Origin: a virus
Lineage: Duplodnaviria > Caudoviricetes
Reading direction: 5' to 3' (one strand)
Virus record (IMG/VR): IMGVR_UViG_3300037420_001376
Span: 8,329-72,328 of that record
DNA: 64,000 bases
Position numbers and translations under genes: made by a program. Below, piece after piece: positions 1-11,100 of the stretch; the stretch's first letter is position 1; each line of letters opens with the position of its first letter. The notes under the pieces are model-generated. The model was not told the origin of the DNA and searched no databases. It was given only the letters and a program-made list of their open reading frames with translations.

Positions 1-158
1 ATTGTGTGAGTCCTCTCACCCGTTGGCGTTTCAGGCCCGTTATCTAAAATTACGCTATAGTTCATTTGGTGAAAATCAACATAAGCTTCATGCATTTTTT
101 CTATGCTGTCTAACACCCAGCGCTTAAAGGTAAGTTCCGCTGTAATTTCTTCAGCCAT
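1..158 (-). CDS. Partial tail-region protein (runs off window edge)
   Basis: ATG at 158 overlaps the TAA of the upstream minor tail gene (TAATG); frame is open to position 1 (MAEEITAELTFKRWVLDSIEK...). Confidence 0.6.
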   Translation of the reverse strand, partial: MAEEITAELTFKRWVLDSIEKMHEAYVDFHQMNYSVILDNGPETPTGERTHT

Positions 159-2050
159 TACGCTATCTTTCTATCGGATGCAGCAAACACACCAACATCT
201 GCTGGTTTTCTTTGGAAATAAAGCCAATATGCAATAGCGACACCGGCAACTCTTGTCATTGCCGGGAAGCGATAGCTGGCTCCAAGAGCTGAAACATTAC
301 CTGTATCAGTTTTATCTAATACTGTCAGACCATTGCGCAAGAATAATAACTGCCGGTTATGGACTGACGTACCAAAACGGAATTCAAGTGTGTCTCCGTC
401 ATTTAAAGTAATGCCGGTAACAGGTGTGCCAATTTGTGTATAGGTGCCTGCTACAGAGCACCCGGCAACTAAAGTAAAAGGGCCATCGAAATTTCTTGTT
501 ATCGAGACTTCTACCCACGTATCTTTAGCAGAATTCATTCTACCTTGTAACTTAATTACGGGAGGTGTGGGATTAGCAAATTCCATTGCCTGGTTCCACA
601 CAATTGCTACAGTCCCAAAATCAGTGCCTAATGGAGTATTGTGCTTTTCTAAAACTCCACGCCACGCGGCACCATTTTCATTCCAACTAAGATTTCCCTG
701 TCCGTCAATGCCATCATTTCCAGCACCAGGACCAAAATAGACCGTTTCAAAACTTGATGGCGGCGAAGACGATTGCGCGCCATTAAAGTCCTCAACTACA
801 GTCACACCACCGGTCGCATTGCTACCATTTAATGTTGCCCAAATCGCGGTGACTTGTGAGTTAGCAGTATTAGCTGAACCCTGAGCGTTATTTCCGATTC
901 CTAAAAGTCCATTGATTACATCAAAGATAGGCTTGATATAATCGCCAATAAATGGCAGCCCCTCAAAGGCCGACTCAATAGTTAGAATAATATCGGAAAC
1001 AATTTTTGGTGCCTGGAAATCTGGAAGTAATCCTGTTATCGGGTCTAGCCAAGCCAACAAACCTGTCGGCTTGAACATTACGTCAATAACGGTTTTCCAG
1101 ATTTCTAGTGGATTAAAGTCTCCATTTAGCCATCCGGTGATATTAAATAGCTGCAGGAAATTATAGACAAACATCAAGATGGGGTTAGCCCCACCTTCAC
1201 CCAAAGTAAATGGAAGATTGAGCGGTAAGTTGTTGGCAAAATTTATTACAGCATTTGGGAAGCTTGTTATAAGTGAAACCAAGTCGGCCCAAAAGTCAAT
1301 CACATCAACAATCAGATTGACAAAGGGGATGCTCCACTGAGCAATAATGTGGAAAACTGCCGTGAAATCAGGTAACTCAACGCCATCGAGTGCAGCAGAT
1401 ATTGCATCCCAAATAGGCTTTAATGGACCAAAGAAATCTCCAATGCCTTCGATATTATCAATATCAATATTAAAGGCGTCAAAGAAGGCATCTATGGCTG
1501 CTGCAATCGGGCTTAAGATATCCCGAATTTCGCTAATAATTACGGCTAATTGCTGAAGAGCTTGCCCAACAATCGGAACTTCGCCAAAGATATCAAGAAT
1601 AGAGGCGATTGCTCCGTCGATAATAAAGTCCATAAGGTCTTTAAAGTTATCAACCGGAACAATATAGGTTGAAAAGAAATGCCATGCAGCTTGAAAAAGG
1701 TTTATTGGCAATACGCCTTGGTCAAACCCAAATAAAGCTCCAACAGCCTGCAACAAATATTTTAAATCACCGAAATCTAAGCCGGTATCCCCGCCACCAC
1801 CTAGCAGCACAAGAAAGTCAGTGAGCAGACTTTGAATTTGCTGAACAAAGTTTTGATTTGCCTCGTCAATGCCTTTCTGCATTTTGCGCATCATGCCGCC
1901 CATAAACGACACGTCGCCAACGAGTTTAGAAACTACCTTTGTCTGATCCCGATAATCATAGGATTCGGGTGTAATTTTACCTAGTGCCCGTAAAGTTGGA
2001 GACTGATAGCTATAGCCTCCGTAAAGTCCTGGAATTCCACCGGCTGTCAT
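158..2050 (-). CDS. Minor tail protein, 630 aa
   Basis: Position after hub/Dit genes; hydrophobic helical N-half and beta-rich C-terminal domain typical of actinophage minor tail proteins. Confidence 0.75.
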   Translation of the reverse strand: MTAGGIPGLYGGYSYQSPTLRALGKITPESYDYRDQTKVVSKLVGDVSFMGGMMRKMQKGIDEANQNFVQQIQSLLTDFLVLLGGGGDTGLDFGDLKYLLQAVGALFGFDQGVLPINLFQAAWHFFSTYIVPVDNFKDLMDFIIDGAIASILDIFGEVPIVGQALQQLAVIISEIRDILSPIAAAIDAFFDAFNIDIDNIEGIGDFFGPLKPIWDAISAALDGVELPDFTAVFHIIAQWSIPFVNLIVDVIDFWADLVSLITSFPNAVINFANNLPLNLPFTLGEGGANPILMFVYNFLQLFNITGWLNGDFNPLEIWKTVIDVMFKPTGLLAWLDPITGLLPDFQAPKIVSDIILTIESAFEGLPFIGDYIKPIFDVINGLLGIGNNAQGSANTANSQVTAIWATLNGSNATGGVTVVEDFNGAQSSSPPSSFETVYFGPGAGNDGIDGQGNLSWNENGAAWRGVLEKHNTPLGTDFGTVAIVWNQAMEFANPTPPVIKLQGRMNSAKDTWVEVSITRNFDGPFTLVAGCSVAGTYTQIGTPVTGITLNDGDTLEFRFGTSVHNRQLLFLRNGLTVLDKTDTGNVSALGASYRFPAMTRVAGVAIAYWLYFQRKPADVGVFAASDRKIA

Positions 2051-4218
2051 CGCAACACCCTTACGTCATCCCAGAAAGAAATGCCCCCTGTCACAGCGGA
2101 ATTGACTAAAAGGCTAACTGAAATTTCACCAACACCAGTGGCAGGAACGGTAAAATCTCCACTCATTGGAGTAAATGGTCCGGTGCCATCATGAGTAAAA
2201 CTATCCACGATTATTCCCCGTGTTACATCACCCCCATTAAGATGGGTATTAACTGCAACAGCAAAGGTGTATGGTGGAGTTCCAGTTTGAACTAATTCCT
2301 GATAACGAACAGCCGCTTGAATGTGTAGCGTTTCCCCAGGTATGATTGAAATCTTGTTTGACTGAAACTCTTCGCCATCGTCGTCAAGGTCTACTCTTAC
2401 GCAACCATCTGAGGTGTATCCAAAGGCGGCGGTACGGAACCATTGCCCCCGAACGGCTTTCCATCCCGAGAGATTATTTGTAAAGTATCCATTGGATAAA
2501 AGATTTGGATCTTCAGTAGGTTGCTGATCGTAATCAGGGTTGAATTCAATTGGATCGTAGTTAAAAGCTCCCTCAACCTTTAATCCAAGTTCTACGAGAG
2601 GCTCATCACCTTTAACTGTAAAACTAGTGATTCTATGCCATTCTTTAATATCACCGTGCCATGGATAATCTGGTGCTTCAACATAAATTGAATCTCCCAC
2701 CCACCATGTACCAAAAGGAGCATGTGAATGTTCGGGATCAATTGTAATTTTAGAAAAAGACTTAGGAATATTGCGGCGAGTAAGTTTTCTTTTCGCCCAA
2801 GCCGCAGCGCGCTCGCTGCTCGTAATGGAAGCGTCCTCTTCCATAATCACACGACGGGCACGTGTCATATCTGCATTGCCAAGCGTCGCGCTATAAACTC
2901 GTCCAGGTGCCCAACTACGAATAATAACATCTGATACGGGTTCAATATCTAGCTCTTCGGCTTTCTCAGCATTTATAACATTTTCGCCTAAACGGAAAGC
3001 CAGTCCGTTTTGAACAAATCCTCCAAGCGGATAAGCAATACGTAATGTCTTATTGATTTCTGTACGAAGTTCAATTTCTTTTGTTAGTAATATATCATCA
3101 AATCTGACTGTACCGGTAAGAGATTTTTCTCTAACAGCAATTCCGGCCGATACATATCTAACACCGGTAGGCACTGTGAATGTTGGACAAGTTAGCTTTT
3201 CCCATGCAGACCCACCAGGGGATGCCGGGTTGATTGGATAACCAAAACTGGGCCAGTCAACATGGCTGTGAGAATCATCAAAACTTTCAATATATAAATA
3301 AACAGGGTCGGAAGATCCATCATGGGTAAACCCATTTGATCTTATCCATCCTGATAAATTAATTTTATCGCCTGGTGATACAGCAATTTGCTCACTGGAA
3401 GCACCTTGAAAAGTACCATTAGCAGTAAACAAAATTGAGCCATTAGAATCATGACCCTGTGAATTATCCCAGCTTTCACCAGTGCCAGACCAATTATTCA
3501 AATTAAAATTAAAAGAACCATTGTTAAGAAGATTCGGCCCTGGTCCACGATTCCACGACACTTCTTCAAACATATCAAAAGGCAAATCTCTTGACAATGC
3601 CATCATTTGATCGCCACAGTCAGGAAAATCAACAGCCCTAATAAATAAGGCAAAGAAATCGAAGCTTAAGATGTTCCCATCGAATCCATAACCGGGAAGC
3701 ATCTGAGTTCCAGTAGAAGACGGCTGGACATCGATTCCAAGATTAGCGTGTGGAAAAGACTGTAGGTGTGCCCAAATTCGCTGAATTACTTCTGCAGGAT
3801 CAACGGCGATGGGGTTAAAGTTTTCTAGCCATGGAATTTCTTTTGGATAACCCATAAAACCAGTGCCATCGATAACCATATCGCCTGACTCTGGATCGAC
3901 TTTATTGTCGGTAACCATTTGAGCGCCAAGGCAGAATCGCCCAATATGAGTCTCAATTTCTGGGATGATCCATTGTCCATAATTTTTCCAATTAATTCCA
4001 TATGCAGACTGGCCAATCTGAGCTTGGCCTTGGTCAATTTTAAATCCGCACCTAGAAGGCGCAGAAAGCTGTACCGTAACCTCTGGCTCTTTGACTACTA
4101 AATCACGAGTAAGAATATTATTGGTATTCACTTCAATGATTGTGAAACGTAAGCGATCTTTAAACCATGAAGATGAATAATCTGGTGGAGAAAAACTCTC
4201 AATGATTGGTGTGCTCAT
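2047..4218 (-). CDS. Minor tail protein (baseplate hub/Tal-like) with two carbohydrate-binding-like domains, 723 aa
   Basis: Second gene after tape measure; two NLL-x-NG-x-F...W...FxDD(I/V) beta-sandwich-like segments. Confidence 0.75.
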   Translation of the reverse strand: MSTPIIESFSPPDYSSSWFKDRLRFTIIEVNTNNILTRDLVVKEPEVTVQLSAPSRCGFKIDQGQAQIGQSAYGINWKNYGQWIIPEIETHIGRFCLGAQMVTDNKVDPESGDMVIDGTGFMGYPKEIPWLENFNPIAVDPAEVIQRIWAHLQSFPHANLGIDVQPSSTGTQMLPGYGFDGNILSFDFFALFIRAVDFPDCGDQMMALSRDLPFDMFEEVSWNRGPGPNLLNNGSFNFNLNNWSGTGESWDNSQGHDSNGSILFTANGTFQGASSEQIAVSPGDKINLSGWIRSNGFTHDGSSDPVYLYIESFDDSHSHVDWPSFGYPINPASPGGSAWEKLTCPTFTVPTGVRYVSAGIAVREKSLTGTVRFDDILLTKEIELRTEINKTLRIAYPLGGFVQNGLAFRLGENVINAEKAEELDIEPVSDVIIRSWAPGRVYSATLGNADMTRARRVIMEEDASITSSERAAAWAKRKLTRRNIPKSFSKITIDPEHSHAPFGTWWVGDSIYVEAPDYPWHGDIKEWHRITSFTVKGDEPLVELGLKVEGAFNYDPIEFNPDYDQQPTEDPNLLSNGYFTNNLSGWKAVRGQWFRTAAFGYTSDGCVRVDLDDDGEEFQSNKISIIPGETLHIQAAVRYQELVQTGTPPYTFAVAVNTHLNGGDVTRGIIVDSFTHDGTGPFTPMSGDFTVPATGVGEISVSLLVNSAVTGGISFWDDVRVLR

Positions 4219-4221
4219 ATA

Positions 4222-5124
4222 TCACAACACCTGATAAGTGTCGCGCCACTGAACAGCAAGTGCTGAATTGCCGTCCATTCCGGTAGCTGCTAATTCAATG
4301 TCGATATTCTGATTAAAGTTAAACTGTAATTTATCTAAATAAGGCGTCTCTCCAATAAGCTTGGCGGGCAACGATAATGGCGGATCATCGTTAGACACCA
4401 CCCGGCGCGACCATGGCTCAGAATTAATTTCAACTATTTTTCCCGAAGGAATATTGTAGTTGAAATCAATAACAATATCGCCTGTAGTTTGATATAAATT
4501 GCTTAATGTAATAATAGGGTGATTCATTGGCCCTTGAAGTAAAAGCTTCAGCCACGATGGAGCTTGACCATTTGTCCCATTAATACTTGTCGCTGTAAGA
4601 GCTTGCGTCATGACAATAGAATTATAATTCAAACCATAAGCATAAGTGTCCGCGCGTCTAAATTCTGCAACAACCTTGACAACTTCTCCGTGATCAAACA
4701 TGTCATCTTGAGTTTCCCCGAATTGACCTGTACGACCAAGAATAACTTTATGAAGCTCGTCATATTTAGAGCAAAGAAAAATAGGCTTCATTTGGTTCCA
4801 AATTTTACGAACCTCGTCAGCCCGCCACTCCCTTTTTAGATCAACAATGGACGGCATAGAGTGCCAAAAATTTGGTTTAGTATCTTCAAAGCCTGGTAAC
4901 AAATAGTTGTGAAGCACTTCAAAAGTGAACTCGATAGTGGTCGGCTTCCAACTATCTTTGCCAAAACTCACTTCGTCAGCACGGGCACGTTGATAATCTT
5001 GTGCATCAATATCGTATGGATTATTGTTAACCGTCTCTACCAGAATATTTGTTCCACGACCCATGACAATATCCCCGATTTGCCATTGACCGGGAACCAA
5101 ATTTCTATAGTAAGTTGTTGGCAT
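4222..5124 (-). CDS. Distal tail (Dit-like) minor tail protein, 300 aa
   Basis: Immediately follows tape measure (TAATG coupling at 5124); size and GP..NP motif fit Dit. Confidence 0.75.
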   Translation of the reverse strand: MPTTYYRNLVPGQWQIGDIVMGRGTNILVETVNNNPYDIDAQDYQRARADEVSFGKDSWKPTTIEFTFEVLHNYLLPGFEDTKPNFWHSMPSIVDLKREWRADEVRKIWNQMKPIFLCSKYDELHKVILGRTGQFGETQDDMFDHGEVVKVVAEFRRADTYAYGLNYNSIVMTQALTATSINGTNGQAPSWLKLLLQGPMNHPIITLSNLYQTTGDIVIDFNYNIPSGKIVEINSEPWSRRVVSNDDPPLSLPAKLIGETPYLDKLQFNFNQNIDIELAATGMDGNSALAVQWRDTYQVL

Positions 5125-8100
5125 TATTGTCCTGTAGGCGCTGTCATTTGATTCATCTTAATCTGCAGCATCATTTGTCGAGTATTATCTCGTGGGTCTT
5201 GTCCTGGTCCACCGAATACATAAATATCTCGCGCTAATTGATTTCTACTATCTGTATTACGCGAACCACCAACACCCTCATGCGTACGCTTATCTAATGG
5301 ATTATCTTGGCTGTATGACAATAATTCATTGGTCTGTGTATCAAGCAGGAACTTAATATTTCCTCGCAGAGAATCTTGGCCACCAACCAGGAATCCTAAG
5401 AAATCACCAACATAGGTGCCGATAATTCGGTATGCTTCTTGCCCTAAATCAATGACGGCATTAACCGTTTCCAGTGCTGACTGAATTATTCCTGCAATTT
5501 GCGCAACACCCTGCACCGCTGCTTTTGCAGCACTTGTGCCGCCGAAATCTGCGCCACCAGCAGAGGGAATGGCGCTGCCAATGGCGTTAGCTATCGAAGA
5601 CACCGCACCGGCAATATCTGCACCTAGCTGAATATACTTCTGAAAATCATCGATCATTCGGAAGATATCTTCGGTATTGCTCGGATACCGAATTAAAGTA
5701 TCAGTAATATCCTTTGTTGCACCAACTGCTTCAATAGCAGAATTAACGACTTTGAAGATATCGCCAGCAACACCAGCAATATTGGAGATAACGCTTGATG
5801 CCTGATCTATCGCGTTCGGACCCTCTGTTAATCCATAGTCGCCCATTATCTGAGAGCGCATACTTCCCAGAGAATCGATAATAGCTTTGCTTTGCGGAGT
5901 GTTATTATTATTCTGATCTGCAATTAATGAATCAATTTGCTGCAAAGCAGTAACGGCTTCATCTTGACTCTTTATATTACGAGGATCAGGCACACCAATA
6001 TCTTGCAGTGCTTGTGGAAGTGGAGCAAGATTTCCATCGATATCAGTTAATAAATCGTTGGTGGTACTTAATGAATTATTTGGGCTCATAGAAGCCGTAG
6101 GGGGAATACTTGTCAAAAGATTCCCATTTTGATCACGAACTTCAGTAACGCCAGTTGTGCCAGCTGGTACCGTTGTAATTGGGTTACCGTTTTGGTCCAC
6201 AACCTTAACTTCGACAGGCGTATTTTGTGCAGTCTCAGTAGGTGAAGTCAAAGCGCCTGGCGGCAAATTATCTGGTTGGAAACCCGGTTTGAAAGTTAAA
6301 TGAACATGATCAAAATGGCCTGCTGTTGGACCTTGGGATGCTCTACCTAAAGAATTTCCTTGACCACCGGGAGGCTGCCAAAAGTCTTGCCAAATAGTAT
6401 CTTCTAGGCCAAGTTTATCGGCATTTGCTAAAGCCCACGCTTTAATCTGGTCGCCCAAAAGTTTTCCTTGTGGATTAGCACCGCCCATTGTGCTACCACC
6501 TGGAATCATTATGTCAAGAGCGCGGCCTTCTGGATGATAAGGCATTGAATCCGGACGTGCCCCACCAATATTTGAAATTTGTGGGAAAAGTTGTTCAATT
6601 AAATTAGCGGCATTAATTGATGCAGCTTGAGATACTTTTCCTCCGGTATCATGTAAAACCCCTGGCCGTACTGGCCCTGGCGCTTGACTTGCACTTGTTG
6701 CACCTAATAAACCTTGTCTTAATAAGTCTTCGTTTTCACGTCCACCCCAAGGATCAACACCTTGATCTAGGAAAATTTTAGTGGCAATTTCTGCCTGTTG
6801 TTGAGGCGTAGCCTCACCTGCTGTGGGCGCGTATTTCGTACCACCATTAGATGCCCAAGTGCCTTTTGCAATTTGGAATAACCCAGATGCTTCATTACCC
6901 CCAGTATTAGAATCAGTAATTTCTTGTTTCCTATTTGCAACCCCACCGGATTCTCGGGCAATAAGTTTTGCCCACTCAGGATTACTAGATGTCCAGGTTC
7001 CATCAGGTTTTTGAACTAATGGAATTTGGCCACCAGCAGCAGTTGGTTGTCCCGAAGGCATACGCAAATTACTAGGTGTGCCCTGTGGATTAAATGGAGC
7101 CAACCTATTTCCACGACGACGATCAGCAGTAGGATCAGGAATATATTGCTTGGGGGCTAATCGACCACCGCTGAAAGTATTAGCTAGCTGCGCAACATTA
7201 ATCGCAATATCAGCAATGCTGGTAAAGGCGTCAAGAATATGCTGGCCAAAACTAGATAGATCTTTAAGCTGCTTTAAGAAATTATCCATGCCACCGGCTT
7301 GAGGATCATATGATCCTGTTGCTACGGCAGCTTCACCCGCCACGCCAGATACAGCACCTTTAACAGAACCGGCTTCAGAAGTAATACCTTGTGCCCAAGA
7401 TTTCGAGAAAGTTTTTCCTCGATAAAGTGTCCAACCTCTGCCAGATAATGGACCGTATTTTGCAGGTGAATGTCCTAGTCCATCACCAGCTAATTCAGCT
7501 AATTCCTCGATGGCTCTTTTAACTGCGGGGTCACCATCTTTAATACCTTGCGCGAAAGCTTCTGAGAAACTTTGCCCTTGCTCTGCTGCCTTTTCTGTGT
7601 ACGGACCTAAAATCTGTGCAATATCAGGATGTGATGCAAAAATCTGCGTTAGCTGATCATCACTCAGTTTTCCTGCAATTTCTGCAGCATTTGGTGCAGC
7701 GGGCGCTGTCGGTGGAGGTAATGGTTGCGGAGCCGGTAAAGGCAATCCTGCGCCTGCGCCTGGCCCTGTGCCCGGTAATCCAGAATTAGACCACCATCCG
7801 TGAGGTTGCACACCTGGCATATTCGGGTCAAATACAGATGGAATATGTAATTTGCCATCAGGGCCAACGATTTTATTGAGAATATCCTCGTTGGTGCTAA
7901 GCAGATTTAATACCGAATCAAGCTTGGCAGGATCTTGATGGAAAATATCTTCAATAGTTTTCCTGGGATCAGCGCTTGACATGGCATCTTTAAGGCCCTG
8001 CTGGAAAGCATCTGCCGGGAAATACGTATTAATAATTTGTTGCTGTAAATTCGGATCAGTAATGTTAAACTGATTGAGAAGTTCTTTCAAAACGTCACTA

Positions 8101-11100
8101 GTATGCTGATATGCCTCTTCCGGTGTTGCATCCCCAGTGGCAACTAATGCCGCGCTGTCCTGAACTAATTGACGAATAGTTTTTGAAAGCTCTCGACCGT
8201 TTTTGGAGTTCTGGTCGATTCTGCCATTTTGTAAAACAAGAGCGGCACCCGTTTTATCTAAAGCATCAACGAGATTTGCTTGATAACCAATAGCTTGCTC
8301 TACGTCATCTTGATACTTAGCTAATGCGTCATCATTAGGGAGTTTGCCAAGATTTTCAAGAGACTTAATAAAGTTTTGTGCTCGCTGATCAGCATCAATC
8401 GTTTGATCACTAAAGTCACGAATGGCATCGGTCAACTTCTTGACTTGGCTGCCACCATTTTCAAATTGATCACGCATTTGCTTAAGCGTATCAATTAATG
8501 CTTGCGGCGCTTTCTTGTCAGCCAGCATTTTCAGGAATTCTGCGAACTGATCCGCGCTTCCCTGAATTGCATCTGCCGCAGACTTAGCGTCAACGTCTAG
8601 TTTTGCCAAAGCCTCTTCAACTGGACTGACAGCCTTACTAACTTCATCCGTTGATGGAGGCTTAATGTTTGGCGTAATGCTTGGCAGTGTATTTGGATCA
8701 GCCTTTTTATTAGTGGTGTCAATACCATGCTGATTAAGTGTATTAATTAAATTCTGAAGAGAGGTCGGATTTAACTTAACGTCTGGCTTAAGAACTAAAT
8801 TGGTGCCATGCAAATCAAGTACATCTTGCCCTATAGCGGCTTCAATCTGCCTCTCTAAATCAGCCTGAGACTGCGGTGTGGCATCTTTAAATGTAATCGG
8901 AACAGCAACGCCACCATTAGCAATTGCCTGCAAACTAATAAGCAGTGTTCCAAGTGCTTGTGTTAGTTGATCTTTTCCTTCAATCTGAACTGCAATCTTA
9001 ATCGGCTCAGGAACAATACCTTCATAATTCTTGATAAATTCCCGAAGTTGATCGACAGAAATTCCAAGTTGTTTGGCAACATCCGGTAACTGTGCATTCA
9101 GTTGAGCAAACATTTCATCAACGTTGCCACCACTAGAAGCAAACGTTAAGAAATTCTGGGACAACTCCCCAAAGACGCCAATGAGATTACGGCCAGTTTG
9201 TGTGTTCTCATTGAACTTATTATTTACATTATCCCAAACGTTATTCAGGCCATCGCCGGAAGAGATAGCTTCAGAAACTTTTTGAGACAGATTCTGGATA
9301 GCATCTGCATAATTTGATGCAGCTTCCAAAGCGTCTGTCTTCAGGAACCCTAGCGCCTGTAAAACTAACTTAAGGCCATCAAGTTTAGTTGTTGCGTCTC
9401 CTGCAGCATTTTTGATTTTATCAATGCCTGCAGCTAATTGAATACCACCGGTGCCTAATTCTTGGGCAGATTGTGCAGCTTGGTTAAATTGATCACGTAA
9501 TGCATCTACCTGTGCTTTTGCCTGATCAGCACCAGCACCGGCATCATAAAGTCTTTTAACTAAATCATTATACGCATCTGCAGAACCAGATATCGCTACG
9601 CGCAATTCATTCTGAGTTACGCCAGCGGATTTAAAATTATTTAGTGCTTGTTGTGCGTCAGCAGCAGATTTTTGAATAGCGTTTAATTGATTCGACTCAC
9701 CACCGAGAAAACCGAATAATTCTTGTGACCAACTTTTACCAGCATCATTGGTAAAGTTTGTTCTGATAACATCGCCAATATGAGATATAATTCCTGGCAT
9801 TGCCTCAGATTTAGCTTGTAAATCCGAGAACATTGTGTCAAGACTCTGAGTGATCGCGTCCATAACCGTATGTCCGGCCACGCCACGATCATCGATAAAC
9901 GCATTTCTAATATCTGTTCCCGCCTGCTTTATATGAGCAGCGGAATCATTTATTGCGTCTAAACCTTTTTTAACCGTCTTATTTCGTTCGTCCCACGCTA
10001 ACCAACCAGCGCCAACTACAAGTAAAACCCCAGCAATAGGACCAGCTAATCCAGCAAGAGTGCTGATAACCCCCGACAAAGACGTACGGACGTTTGAAAT
10101 AGATTGAGATGCTTTTTTGCCAACAGGCCCAAAATTATCAAGAACACTAAGAACTTTAAGTAATGCAGTATCTAAACCACTAATAATTTTACCAGCGTTT
10201 CTCAAGGTTAAGAAAACGCCAACAAAAGTCTTGATGGTATTAATGCCAACCATGGCAATATGATCGAATATCTTCCATGCAGCAATAATGCCAAGCAGCC
10301 TACCAAGAACTTCATCAAGTCCTAGCGCGTGCTTTAGTTCAGCCATTGCGCTAATAAACTGCATTAAACTTTGAAGCGCTGGCAAAAACTCTGCAGAAAA
10401 TGCATCGGCAGTTGACTTGATAACCGTGTAGACATTTTTCATCATGTCTACAAAATCATGGAAGGTGTCTTTGAAATCTTGTAAACGGTTGCCACCGGGA
10501 TCAGACATTTCCCGAACAGCGTTACCGATATCTCGTAAGGTTCCAGCCGCCGCTGATTTTTGAACGGACTGATTGAACCGTTCCATTGAATCGGCAAATC
10601 GAGCGAGGAAATCCCCACCCGTGTTGGTTCTAAATACTGTGAGTAGACTCCACACAGCCTTTGTTAAGCTGGTGAATCCAGAAATTAAATCCTTAACTCC
10701 CTGGCGGGCATCCTGCATCCACTTAAGTAAATTACCATTTTGCCGATTAACATTAGCCCATTGTGCAAATTGATTAATAAGATTTGGTAACCCGCCACTC
10801 AAATCCCTAATAAAGCTACTACCGACAGCAGCGATATCTCGCAGTCCATCTAAAGCAGGGCGAATAGCCTTTGCTAAAGTTTCAATAGTTCCAGCGGTAT
10901 TAGTGAAAAGCGTGGATACATCTTTTTGCGTTTGGCCTGCCTGCGCAAAACCAACCAACGCATCTTTGGCGTCACGTAAGGCGGCAACAACTTTTGTCGC
11001 GCCACCTTCCCAAATTGGGAAATACGTTTGGCCCAGTGCTTTAATTTGATCTGCTGCACCGGCAAAAGCTGTGCCTCGCAATGATTCCTGAAGTTCTTTC

